Positions 63,803 through 64,000 of a DNA stretch of 64,000 bases are shown one piece after another (position 1 is the stretch's first letter; each line of letters starts with the position of its first letter). A program made the translations under genes and the position numbers. Source of the DNA: Chiloscyllium plagiosum (taxonomy: Eukaryota). The notes beneath the pieces are model-generated. The model was not told where the DNA came from and searched no databases. It worked only from the letters and a program-made list of their open reading frames with translations. The stretch lies in NCBI RefSeq assembly GCF_004010195.1, contig NC_057719.1, positions 8,116,190 through 8,180,189 on the forward strand, written 5' to 3'.

Positions 63803-63924
63803 CACCAGATGACAGCAGCAGACGCAGAAATCTGCCTTTCAGAAAGGAAGATGCAAGCCAAGGACAAGAGCTCAGCAGGGCAGCTAATGGAAGAAAGTCT
63901 CCTGCAGAAAAAGACAAGTATTAG
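63803..63924 (+). CDS. Candidate coding exon, possibly terminal ((S)PDDSSRRRNLPFRKEDASQGQELSRAANGRKSPAEKDKY*)
   Basis: Strong acceptor ttctctttccttgcag; phase 1 matches exon 62187. TAG at 63922-63924; an alternative donor AA|gtatta just before it is possible. Confidence 0.6.
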
Positions 63925-64000
63925 ACCGTAAAGTCCGAGTCTGTGTGTTTTTCCAGCAGCTTTAATGGATGTCAGCTTACCTTGTATCAAGCAGGGTGGC

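Overview
Eukaryotic, repeat-dense DNA from a cartilaginous fish (shark), inferred from HE1-type V-SINEs, HER1/CR1-type LINEs, DeuSINE remnants and many Penelope-like elements (PLEs). It is not prokaryotic: no operons, rRNA, tRNA genes or CRISPR. Most of the window is intronic sequence of a + strand multi-exon gene. About 11 candidate exons between 8370 and 63924 join largely in phase into an unrecognised protein with coiled-coil and basic segments. Introns hold decayed CR1 LINEs (one near full-length at 1722-5552), several PLE families with inverted arms, 8-15 bp target-site duplications (TSDs) and minimal hammerhead ribozyme motifs, two solo LTRs, Rex1/Babar fragments, tRNA-derived SINEs and a MITE. 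The most striking structure is three 5'-truncated Tx1-clade retrotransposon ends stacked at one 14-15 bp site on the TATA-like box of a solo LTR (5864-6929), suggesting a sequence-specific retrotransposon that targets another transposon's promoter. All calls were made by eye without database searches, and repeat boundaries are approximate.
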